From Christensenellaceae bacterium (GTDB taxonomy: Bacteria; Bacillota; Clostridia; Christensenellales; Aristaeellaceae): a stretch of 24,000 bases of DNA. Shown here piece after piece: positions 8,929 through 16,655 of the stretch. The position numbers and the translations under genes are program-made. Numbering within the stretch: the first letter of the stretch is position 1; each line of letters opens with the position of its first letter. The DNA lies in contig JAHHSO010000003.1 of assembly GCA_020025205.1 (NCBI GenBank), forward strand, positions 67,728 to 91,727. Reading direction: 5' to 3'. The notes beneath the pieces were generated by a model, which saw only the letters and a list, made by a program, of their open reading frames with translations, was not told where the DNA came from and did not search any database.

Positions 8929-10795
8929 GATTGCTCTCCTGATTGATTTCCTTGATTCGCTCAGCCAGCTGTTCTGGCATCAGTCCGCATTCCTCAAGCA
9001 GTTGTGCTACTGAGCCGTGTGCCACAAATCGATTTTCTATACCAATGATTGCAGCAGGTTCCGGCACTTTTTCATTTACGCAGATCCGTGCAATCTCGCT
9101 GCCGAATCCGCCGATTTTTTCGCCTTCTTCAATTGTAATCAGTTTCGCCCCGCGTGCAAACAGCTCTCTTAGACAATCCATATCCAGCGGTTTAAGTGTG
9201 CAGCAATCAATCACGCCGACGTGAATGCCTTCCTTTTCGAGCAGCTGCGATGCCTGAAGCGCATGAAGCGTCATTCGGCCATAGGTCAAAATGACCAGAT
9301 CTCCGCCTGAAACAAGCGTCTGCCATTTGCCGATTTTAAATGGTTCTCCCTCTGCAAACGGTTCAATTCCTTCCTTTGGATACTGAACCACGCACGGCCC
9401 ATTCAGCTCAAGCGTTGCACGCACGGCCTGACGAATCTGCTGAGTATCCCGCGGCGCCAGCAATGTGAGGTTGGGAATGCTCATCAGCATTGGTACGCTG
9501 AGCACCCCATGATGCGTCTTTCCGTCATCACCAACAAGCCCGATATGGTCGGACAAAATGCACACCGGTAAATTCTGAAGACAGACATCATGGACAATCT
9601 GATCATATGCACGCTGAAGAAACGTCGAATATACCGCAAAATATGGCCTGTATCCGCCGCGTGCCAGGCCTGCACACATGCTGACGGCATGTTGCTCGGC
9701 AATGCCGACATCAAAAAAGCGTTTAGGATAGTATCCTGCAAATTCGGCCAGCCCTGTTCCGTCCACCATCGCCGCTGTCACAGCAACAACACGCGGATCT
9801 TCTGCCGCCATCGCAACAAGCGCCTTGCCGCCTGCCTGCGCCGCGCTTTCCTTGCTGCTCTGCTTTCGCTTCATGCCGTTTTCCACCCAGAAAGGTGCAA
9901 TGCCATGAAACTTTTCCGGCTGACGTTCTGCCAAATCGTATCCATATCCCTTTTTCGTGATGACATGAATCAGAAGCGGCGTATCATCCACCTGTTTGGC
10001 TTCTTCGAATACATGGGTCATTTCTTCAATGTTGTGACCATCGAACGGGCCAAGATAGCGAAAGCCCAGCGCTTCGAACATCTCGCCTCCGGTCGTAACG
10101 GATTTGACCATGTTTTTTACGCTCTCAATTGCATGAGCCAGCGGCACGCCGACAAGCGGGATCTTCTCCATGCGGCTGCGGATGCGTTTTTTCCCTCCAT
10201 ACCAGGACGCACTCGCACGCAGATGCTTGAAATAATTCGACAATGCGCCCACATTTTTAGAGATGGACATGGCGTTGTCATTCAGAATGACGATCAGGCG
10301 AGTATGCCCATTTCCAGCGTCGTTCATAGCTTCATAGCACATGCCGCCCGTGAGCGCGCCGTCGCCCACAACGGCAACCACGTGATAATTTTCCCCCGCC
10401 AGATCGCGTGCACGCGCCATACCCAATGCCATAGAAATCGACGTTGAAGAATGGCCCGTGTCAAACAAATCATGTTCACTTTCTTCGTGGCAGGGAAATC
10501 CGCTCATGCCATGATAGGATCGCAGCGTTTCAAACTGCTTCTGTCTGCCGGTCAGCAGTTTATGGGCATAGATCTGATGCCCTACATCGAATATAAGTTT
10601 ATCTGTCGGGCTGGAAAATGCCCTGTGCAATGCAATTGTTAAATCGACATCTCCCAAATTCGATGCCAGATGGCCGCCCTGACGAGAAACCGTATCCACA
10701 ATAGTCTGTCTGATTTCCTTTGCAAGCGTTCTGCACTCCTCCGCAGACAACTTTTTTACGTCCTCTGGGCCTTTCACTTCGGGCAGAATACCCAT
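8918..10795 (-). CDS. dxs: 1-deoxy-D-xylulose-5-phosphate synthase
   Basis: 625 aa with GHLASNLG, GHSSTSISMALGMA and the TPP motif VVGDGALTGGMCYEAMN. It overlaps tlyA by 11 nt. Confidence 0.97.
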   Translation of the reverse strand: MGILPEVKGPEDVKKLSAEECRTLAKEIRQTIVDTVSRQGGHLASNLGDVDLTIALHRAFSSPTDKLIFDVGHQIYAHKLLTGRQKQFETLRSYHGMSGFPCHEESEHDLFDTGHSSTSISMALGMARARDLAGENYHVVAVVGDGALTGGMCYEAMNDAGNGHTRLIVILNDNAMSISKNVGALSNYFKHLRASASWYGGKKRIRSRMEKIPLVGVPLAHAIESVKNMVKSVTTGGEMFEALGFRYLGPFDGHNIEEMTHVFEEAKQVDDTPLLIHVITKKGYGYDLAERQPEKFHGIAPFWVENGMKRKQSSKESAAQAGGKALVAMAAEDPRVVAVTAAMVDGTGLAEFAGYYPKRFFDVGIAEQHAVSMCAGLARGGYRPYFAVYSTFLQRAYDQIVHDVCLQNLPVCILSDHIGLVGDDGKTHHGVLSVPMLMSIPNLTLLAPRDTQQIRQAVRATLELNGPCVVQYPKEGIEPFAEGEPFKIGKWQTLVSGGDLVILTYGRMTLHALQASQLLEKEGIHVGVIDCCTLKPLDMDCLRELFARGAKLITIEEGEKIGGFGSEIARICVNEKVPEPAAIIGIENRFVAHGSVAQLLEECGLMPEQLAERIKEINQESNHAR

Positions 10796-10807
10796 TTGTC
10801 TGCCTCC

Positions 10808-11365
10808 TTACGCTTTCTTCTTAACCTGTTTCTTTTCAAAAAAGGCCATTGCACGGCCCACCATCAGAACAATCTTGCCGCTCTTCTCAATGGCAATGCC
10901 CTTTGCATACGCCTTGCCGCCGATCATAAATGCAGAAATAAACGCCGTCATTAAAACAGAGGCCAACGCACCTGGCACACCCAATGTCACAAGGGACAGC
11001 GCAATCACCGAACCAGCCGAACCGGAAACAATGCCGACAATATCACCTACGACATCGTTCAAGACACTTGAAACGCGCTCTGCTTTACGAATGAGACGCA
11101 GTGCCTGTTTAGCTCCCGTGATCCGCTTGGAAGCCATCGCAATAAATGGCTGATCTTCCGCAGAGGTAACAGCCGTTCCAATCATATCTGTGATAATACC
11201 CACAAGTACCAGCACAATCAGCGCCACCAGCGCCACAAAAAGACCAGCAGATTCAGTAAACACGCGGGTTAAAAGGGACATTGCCACTGACAGCGCAAAA
11301 GACAGACAGACAACCGTGATAACCCATCGCTGTTTTCCCTGCTTGGACTTTTCTTTTTTATTCAT
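10808..11365 (-). CDS. oapA: Small 4-TM membrane protein immediately downstream of the large RNA; candidate OLE-associated protein A
   Basis: 185 aa (~20 kDa), basic at both ends, with four hydrophobic helices (about aa 14-35, 41-62, 105-128, 131-150) and a DxxxD motif (D104-VVG-D108). The call rests on position (large RNA, this gene, then dxs) plus topology, not on a database match. Confidence 0.7.
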   Translation of the reverse strand: MNKKEKSKQGKQRWVITVVCLSFALSVAMSLLTRVFTESAGLFVALVALIVLVLVGIITDMIGTAVTSAEDQPFIAMASKRITGAKQALRLIRKAERVSSVLNDVVGDIVGIVSGSAGSVIALSLVTLGVPGALASVLMTAFISAFMIGGKAYAKGIAIEKSGKIVLMVGRAMAFFEKKQVKKKA

Positions 11366-11409
11366 GATCTTTCAGCGTCCTTTATGTCCGCAACTTTCTG
11401 ACAATTTCT

Positions 11410-11436
11410 AAAAAAGCCCACGTCCAAGCCGTGGGC
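11410..11436 (-). terminator. Intrinsic terminator-like hairpin at the 3' end of the RNA
   Basis: The - strand reads GCCCACG-GCUUGGA-CGUGGGC followed by UUUUUU. It ends 44 nt upstream of the oapA start. Confidence 0.75.
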
Positions 11437-12011
11437 AAACATTCAAAGGAAAGGTGGTAATACGACAAATAAACCTTGCGGCTTAGGTTCGGTAGGATTT
11501 CCCCACTCATTACTTCCTGTCGCCATAGAAGCGGTTTCCCTTGAAAACGAGTGCCGCGCCGTTTCCGAACGCGGGACCGAATTACCACTGAGTCCACACT
11601 GTAATCTCTGTCATATCCTCACGACAGTCTAGGAGCTTTCCTCGGCAGCCTCGGTTTCTTCCTAGCCTCTTTTGCAATCGTGGTTTCACACAGCGATCGC
11701 CCCGGTTTCCGTGAGCCTTTGGTCACCGTGCGTTGTTCCATGATCCGCCACAATCACTCAAGGCAGGCTACACTGCAGGCAGCTTTTGTACCACCATGCA
11801 GGTTTTCATGACGCAAAGCCGTCATGCCTCCACGAAAAATGGGTCGAACTCCGACATGCCATTGCCGGCCGCCCATAATTCTTACTCCCAGTGCCGACCC
11901 CCGACTGGGCGTCAGCAGCCGCCACCAGAAACTTCATCGATATGCCCTTTAACGGATTTTTAGCCCCGTCTTGAGAAGAAACTTTGCTGACTAGAATACT
12001 GCACCACCTGT
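11410..12011 (-). ncRNA. ole: ~600 nt highly structured non-coding RNA, called as OLE (ornate, large, extremophilic) RNA
   Basis: A 707 nt coding gap in an operon that is otherwise nearly gap-free. It has its own consensus promoter and a terminal hairpin with a U6 tract. The termini pair (AGGUGGU 12009-12003 with ACCACCU 11458-11452) and there are many internal helices (see findings). Size and position between ispA and a 4-TM protein plus dxs match what is published for OLE. The 5' end is estimated from the -10 box. Confidence 0.8.
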
Positions 12012-12017
12012 TTTTTA

Positions 12018-12046
12018 ATTATACCATAGCTGTCCGGCATTTTCAA
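12018..12046 (-). promoter_or_regulatory. Near-consensus sigma-A promoter driving the large RNA
   Basis: The - strand reads TTGAAA (12046-12041), a 17 nt spacer, then TATAAT (12023-12018). The -10 is preceded by TGg, an extended -10 element. Confidence 0.75.
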
Positions 12047-12072
12047 CAGCTTCTCAAAGAAATGAAAATCGA

Positions 12073-12519
12073 TCAGGAGAGCAGTATCCCCACAAAAATG
12101 CCCAGCAGTGCGCCAGCAAGCACCTGAATGGGCGTATGTCCAACAAGTTCTTTAAGTCTTTCCTCGCTCATGGTGAAGCCATTTCCGGCCAGCCCATCCA
12201 GCAGGTGGTTCAAAACTGCGGCATTCTGTCCGGTTGATCGGCGAACGCCCGCCGCATCATACATCACAATGCCCGCAAAACAAAATCCAAGTGCAAAAAT
12301 GGGGGACGAAAATCCTTCTTTAAATCCAATCGTCGTCACCATCGCACAAGCCAGCGCAGAATGCGAACTGGGCATACCGCCCGAACCAAACACCCGGGTC
12401 GAGTCAAAACGCCTGCTGATAGCAAACGTCAGCGCTACTTTCAGCCCCTGCGCAATTGCCCAGGCAAGAACTGCCGCCCGAATGACCTGATTGCTAAAGA
12501 TTTCTCGAAAAACCCACAC
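12073..12519 (-). CDS. Divergent PAP2 / DUF212 family membrane protein (acid phosphatase / vanadium-haloperoxidase-related)
   Basis: 148 aa, polytopic, with the family-typical FGSGGMPSSHSA motif and C-terminal GHTPIQVLAGALLG. Confidence 0.85.
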   Translation of the reverse strand: MWVFREIFSNQVIRAAVLAWAIAQGLKVALTFAISRRFDSTRVFGSGGMPSSHSALACAMVTTIGFKEGFSSPIFALGFCFAGIVMYDAAGVRRSTGQNAAVLNHLLDGLAGNGFTMSEERLKELVGHTPIQVLAGALLGIFVGILLS

Positions 12520-12534
12520 GAGTATTTCCTCCCG

Positions 12535-13446
12535 TCACTTTTTCCTCTTGGCCAGTGCATCGGCAAACGCCTGAAGGAACCTCGCGTCCTCACCGAAGCA
12601 ATCAAGTGCTTCTTTGGCCTGCTGCCACAACAAATTAGATCGCGCCTTTGCCGCCTCTATGCCCACAAGCGCCGGCCACGTCATCTTGCCGTGCTGAGCA
12701 TCCATACCCGTTGCCTTGCCCATTTCCCCTGCATTGCCTTCTACATCGAGCAAATCGTCGTCAATCTGGAAGGCTACGCCGACACAGGCACCAAACCGCT
12801 CAAGCGCTGTTCTCTGCTGCTCTGTCGCGCCGGCAATATAGGATGCCGCCATCAGCGGAGCGGTCAGAAGATCCGCCGTCTTATGCGTGTGAATATAGAA
12901 AAGCGTATCCGCATCCGGATCATGGTGTTCGCTGAGCAAATCAACGCACTGTCCGGCAATCATGCCGCTGACGCCTGCACGCTTTGCCACCGCTTCTGCC
13001 GCACGAATATGCCCTTCCAGATGATCTTTAAAGCGCAACGCATTTGAAAGCATGCACTCATATGCATAATTCAGCAGACCATCGCCCGCCAGAATAGCAA
13101 ACCCTTCTCCAAACACCTTATGATTTGTCAATCTGCCGCGGCGATAGTCATCGTTGTCCATGCCTGGAAGATCATCATGAATAAGCGAATAAGTATGAAT
13201 CATTTCCAGCGCAGCAGCCGGAACAAGCGCTTCCTCTATATTGCCTTTGAGCATGTCGCAAACCGCCAGCAGAAGAACCGGCCTCACGCGTTTTCCGCCT
13301 GCCAGAAGGCTGTACCGCATGGCTTCACTCAGCTTTCCGGGCATTTCGCCTTCGGGTGGACAAAGCATCTTCCCTTCCGGCAATATGGTATTCAGAGTTG
13401 CTTCAATCAGAGCCGCATACCGCTGATACTGCTCAATATACTCCAT
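12535..13446 (-). CDS. ispA: Polyprenyl (farnesyl/geranylgeranyl) diphosphate synthase
   Basis: Both Asp-rich motifs are present: LIHDDLPGMDNDDYRRG and FQIDDDLLD. The start is reassigned to the ATG at 13446 (MEYIEQYQRY...), preceded by GAGGAGG. The track start at 13533 would overlap xseB by 100 nt. Confidence 0.93.
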   Translation of the reverse strand: MEYIEQYQRYAALIEATLNTILPEGKMLCPPEGEMPGKLSEAMRYSLLAGGKRVRPVLLLAVCDMLKGNIEEALVPAAALEMIHTYSLIHDDLPGMDNDDYRRGRLTNHKVFGEGFAILAGDGLLNYAYECMLSNALRFKDHLEGHIRAAEAVAKRAGVSGMIAGQCVDLLSEHHDPDADTLFYIHTHKTADLLTAPLMAASYIAGATEQQRTALERFGACVGVAFQIDDDLLDVEGNAGEMGKATGMDAQHGKMTWPALVGIEAAKARSNLLWQQAKEALDCFGEDARFLQAFADALAKRKK

Positions 13447-13660
13447 GTTCTTCCTCCTCAAATGGTGTAATTTCTGCTGTATAAGGATCAATTTGCTCGA
13501 TCCTCTTCCTATACTTTGCCAGCTCTTTTTCAAGCTGGTCTGCCAGTTTCACACCCTCTTCGTAGGCTTTCATCGTCTCATCAAGGGTCAGCTCACCGCC
13601 GCTGAGCCGTTCAGTCAATGCTTCCAGCTGCTGCATCCCCTCTTCAAAAGATGTTTTCAT
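13433..13660 (-). CDS. xseB: Exodeoxyribonuclease VII small subunit
   Basis: 75 aa: FEEGMQQLEALTERLSGGELTLDETMKAYEEGVKLADQLEKEL. Confidence 0.9.
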   Translation of the reverse strand: MKTSFEEGMQQLEALTERLSGGELTLDETMKAYEEGVKLADQLEKELAKYRKRIEQIDPYTAEITPFEEEEHGVY

Positions 13661-14859
13661 TTCTTTCCCTCCGCAATGAGCGCCTGTACGCTTCCATCCG
13701 CAAAGCGAAGCGTAACCACATCTCCTTTACAGAGTGCGGACGCATCAGCTATCGCCGATTCTCCCTTCTGCACGATGGCATAACCACGTGCCAGTACGCG
13801 GTACGGGTTCAAAAGCGACAATTCCTTCTTTTTCTGCTCCAATTTCCGTTCCCGGCTATCCGCAGCCATCAGCATTGCTGCATGCAGCTTTTCCATTTGC
13901 TGCGTCAGCCGCGCCGCTAAAACATCCAGCTCTCTATTCGGCTGGCAGTTGGATAATCTGGAACGAGCCAGCTTCAATTCCGCTTCACGTTTTGAAATCA
14001 TGCGTTCTGCCGCATCCTTGAGCTGACTGCGCAACCCATGGAGCGCATCTTCAACTTCAGCGCGAATGGGCATCACGCATTCCGCCGCTGCGGAAGGCGT
14101 TGGCACGCGCAGATCTGCCGCAAGATCGCAAAGCGTTACATCCGTCTCGTGCCCAACAGCAGAGACGATCGGCTTGGAACACTCGGCCACCGCCCGCACC
14201 ACACATTCTTCGTTAAACGCCCAGAGATCTTCAATTGAGCCACCGCCGCGTGCCACAACAATCACACTGATATGCTCCAATTGATCTAAGATTTGAATCG
14301 CCTGTGCAATCTCTTGTGCCGCACCCATTCCCTGTACACGCACTGGACAAAGCAGAATTCTGCCCTGTGGATTGCGGCGCAAAGAAACGTTTAAAATATC
14401 ATGAATCACCGCCCCTGTCGGGGAGGAAACCACGCCCACCGTATTCACAAATGCGGGAATCGGTTTTTTACGCGCGGAATCAAATAAACCTTCCTCTTTG
14501 AGTTTTCCTTTAAGTGCCAGAAGCCTTTCGTAAAGAACACCAACGCCCTGAGCCTGGATATGTTTAGCGACAAACTGATACTGTCCGCCGCGCGCATACA
14601 ACCCTGAGCTCCCTTTTAAAAGGGCACGCATCCCTTCAAACGGTACTGTCTGAAGCTCCATTGTATCGTCAGGATACATCACACAGGAAACAGCCGCCTG
14701 CTCATCCTTGAGCGTAAAAAAGAGCATCCTGTTCTGGTGAAATTTCAGATTGCTGATTTCGCCTTTTAACTCAATGTTCAGAAGCATCGGGTCCATCTGG
14801 AACATCCTGCGCACATACTCATTGAGTTGGGAAACCGTCAGCGTCAGTTTAGAAGCCAT
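13657..14859 (-). CDS. xseA: Exodeoxyribonuclease VII large subunit
   Basis: N-terminal OB fold (LTVSQLNEYVRRMF...LKGEISNLKFH) and a catalytic core (VARGGGSIEDLWAFNEE, SAVGHETD). The start is most likely the ATG at 14859 (MASKLTL...). The track start at 14901 overlaps folD by 53 nt. Confidence 0.93.
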   Translation of the reverse strand: MASKLTLTVSQLNEYVRRMFQMDPMLLNIELKGEISNLKFHQNRMLFFTLKDEQAAVSCVMYPDDTMELQTVPFEGMRALLKGSSGLYARGGQYQFVAKHIQAQGVGVLYERLLALKGKLKEEGLFDSARKKPIPAFVNTVGVVSSPTGAVIHDILNVSLRRNPQGRILLCPVRVQGMGAAQEIAQAIQILDQLEHISVIVVARGGGSIEDLWAFNEECVVRAVAECSKPIVSAVGHETDVTLCDLAADLRVPTPSAAAECVMPIRAEVEDALHGLRSQLKDAAERMISKREAELKLARSRLSNCQPNRELDVLAARLTQQMEKLHAAMLMAADSRERKLEQKKKELSLLNPYRVLARGYAIVQKGESAIADASALCKGDVVTLRFADGSVQALIAEGKK

Positions 14860-15691
14860 ATTGTTCTGCTGCATCCATGGTGTTGGACAACAGCATGGCA
14901 ATCGTCATCTGTCCAACGCCGCCCGGAACAGGTGTCAAATACCCTGCTGTCTGCGAAACTTCTTCGGCATTCACATCGCCCACCAGTTTTCCGTTCAGGC
15001 GATTGGTGCCCACGTCAATCACGACAGCGCCCGGTTTCACCATGTCTGCCGTCACAAAATTCGCCCGGCCGACCGCAGCAACCAGTATATCTGCCTGACG
15101 AGTAATTTCTTTGAGATTCTCCGTTTTCGAATGGCAGATCGTCACCGTTGCATCCGCAGCCAGGAGCAGCATGGCTAAAGGTTTTCCAACGATGTTGCTT
15201 CTTCCGATAATGACAGCGCGCCGCCCTCTTATAGGAATATCATACGCTTCAAGGAGCTTCATCACGCCAATCGCAGTACACGGCACAAACCCCTTCTGTC
15301 CGCATGCCAGTTTGCCGGCGTTGACTGCATGGAAACCATCCACATCTTTTTTCGGATCAATGATATCTATAACGCGCTGTTCACTCAAATGTCCCGGCAG
15401 CGGCAGCTGAACCAAAATGCCATGAACAGCCTCATCCTCATTCAGCTCTTTTACAACACTTTCCAATTCTTCCTGTGTACAGTCTGCGTCAAGGCGAATC
15501 ACACTGGACAAAATTCCAGCCTTTTCACAAGCCTTCTCCTTATTGCGCACATAAATCTGGCTTCCCGGGTCATCTCCAACCAGCACAACCGCCAAATGCG
15601 GCACAATTCCGCGCGCTCGGCAAGCTTTCGCCCTATTCGCTGCATCTGCTTTCCAGCGTTCTGCAACGCTTCGACCTTCCATAACTGGCAT
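14849..15691 (-). CDS. folD: Bifunctional methylenetetrahydrofolate dehydrogenase / methenyl-THF cyclohydrolase
   Basis: 280 aa with LAVVLVGDDPGSQIYVRNKEKAC, GILVQLPLP, IGRSNIVGKPLA and TPVPGGVGQMT. Confidence 0.95.
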   Translation of the reverse strand: MPVMEGRSVAERWKADAANRAKACRARGIVPHLAVVLVGDDPGSQIYVRNKEKACEKAGILSSVIRLDADCTQEELESVVKELNEDEAVHGILVQLPLPGHLSEQRVIDIIDPKKDVDGFHAVNAGKLACGQKGFVPCTAIGVMKLLEAYDIPIRGRRAVIIGRSNIVGKPLAMLLLAADATVTICHSKTENLKEITRQADILVAAVGRANFVTADMVKPGAVVIDVGTNRLNGKLVGDVNAEEVSQTAGYLTPVPGGVGQMTIAMLLSNTMDAAEQYGF

Positions 15692-15707
15692 AAGACCCCT
15701 CCTTTAA

Positions 15708-16655
15708 TCATCCTTCTCTGCGATAAGCTTCCGCTCCAAGAAGTGCCACACCTACCGCATTGTCACCAGACAGTTCCGGATGCGCAAAGCAAAGCCGGCA
15801 ATGAAGTCCGCGCTTTTTTGCACGCTCAAGCAGCATCCTTTTCAGCAGTGCAGACGATGCCACACCACCGGCAAGCAGAGCATGATGCACACCCGTCTGT
15901 TCCTGAGCTGCTTCAATCATCCTGATGATTGTGCGGCTCAAAAAATCAAACACTTCTGCGGCGATCTGTTCAGGCGGCATTTTCCCTTCTTCCAGCCATC
16001 GGACGATCTTATTCTCTGCCCCTGCCAGATTGCAGTTCACCCCTTTGACAGATACACCAATAAGCGCCTGTGCTTTTCCTTTCATCGCCAGCTTTTCAAG
16101 CTCCGGTCCTGCAGGAAACGGCATCTTCAACCGAACGCCCGTCCTGTCCACCAGCTGACCCGCATGCAGATCAAGACTGCCGCCCAGAAGCGTCAATTGA
16201 CCCGCATTGCACAAAAGCAGCTCAGTTGTGCCGCCGGAAAGATGAAGAGCCAGAAAAGGCGTACTTTCATCAATTCCAGAATCCAGCATCGCCGCACGAA
16301 CATGCCCTTCCTGATGACTGACAGGATAAAAAGGCACGCGCAACAATGTTGCAGCTGCGCGCGCCTGACTTTCTCCCGCACGAAACACGGGCATATATGA
16401 CTCTTCCACCGGCCGCGGGCGCACGCTTGCACACACTGCACAAATCTCCGCTTCCGGTGCTTCGCCTCTCACATTTTCAAGCATCTGCGGCAGATTTTTT
16501 ACATGCTGAAACAGTCCTTGCGACTGCATCAGTCCACGGCCTCCCTCCTGCACCGTCAAAAGACGGCGGGATGACGCAATCAGCTCTCCTTCTGGAGTCA
16601 CCAGCGCGCAAGAAGTCGTGTAGCAGCTTGTGTCAATTCCCAGAATCGCTCTCAT
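15708..16655 (-). CDS. TsaD/Kae1-like ASKHA-fold protein (peptidase M22 / glycoprotease family paralogue)
   Basis: 315 aa with GIDTSCYTTS, HQEGH (an HxxxH metal motif), LHLSGGTTELL, LAGGVASSALLK and LSGDNAVGVA. These are collinear with TsaD but divergent. Its start overlaps the nusB stop (ATGA). Confidence 0.8.
   Translation of the reverse strand: MRAILGIDTSCYTTSCALVTPEGELIASSRRLLTVQEGGRGLMQSQGLFQHVKNLPQMLENVRGEAPEAEICAVCASVRPRPVEESYMPVFRAGESQARAAATLLRVPFYPVSHQEGHVRAAMLDSGIDESTPFLALHLSGGTTELLLCNAGQLTLLGGSLDLHAGQLVDRTGVRLKMPFPAGPELEKLAMKGKAQALIGVSVKGVNCNLAGAENKIVRWLEEGKMPPEQIAAEVFDFLSRTIIRMIEAAQEQTGVHHALLAGGVASSALLKRMLLERAKKRGLHCRLCFAHPELSGDNAVGVALLGAEAYRREG

Noticed and set aside
11382-11963. 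Small ORFs inside the large intergenic region (71 aa on the - strand at 11382-11597; 76 aa on the + strand at 11733-11963; 73 aa on the + strand at 11190-11411)
   Set aside because: They have no Shine-Dalgarno sequences and atypical composition, and they cut across strong RNA helices. The region is better explained as a structured RNA.
11410-12011. Alternative identities for the RNA: RNase P RNA, tmRNA, group II intron, riboswitch or T-box
   Set aside because: RNase P: GAGGAAAGCUCC (about 11631-11642) resembles the P4 motif GAGGAAAGUCC but has an inserted C. I find no matching 3' P4 strand (ACAGAA...GGCUUA-type), and ~600 nt is far longer than the ~400 nt expected. tmRNA: there is no tRNA-like acceptor/T-arm 3' end and no tag ORF. 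Group II intron: there is no domain V-like hairpin and no maturase ORF. Riboswitch or T-box: the RNA is too long, has its own promoter and ends in a terminator 44 nt before a gene with a weak RBS.
13447-13533. N-terminal extensions given in the ORF track for ispA (to 13533), xseA (to 14901), spoIIIAB (to 22170), spoIIIAH (to 19338) and DUF2273 (to 17457)
   Set aside because: Each extension overlaps the upstream gene by 40-100 nt and lacks an RBS. The internal ATGs sit at proper distance from strong GGAGG-type sites and match the usual family N-termini.
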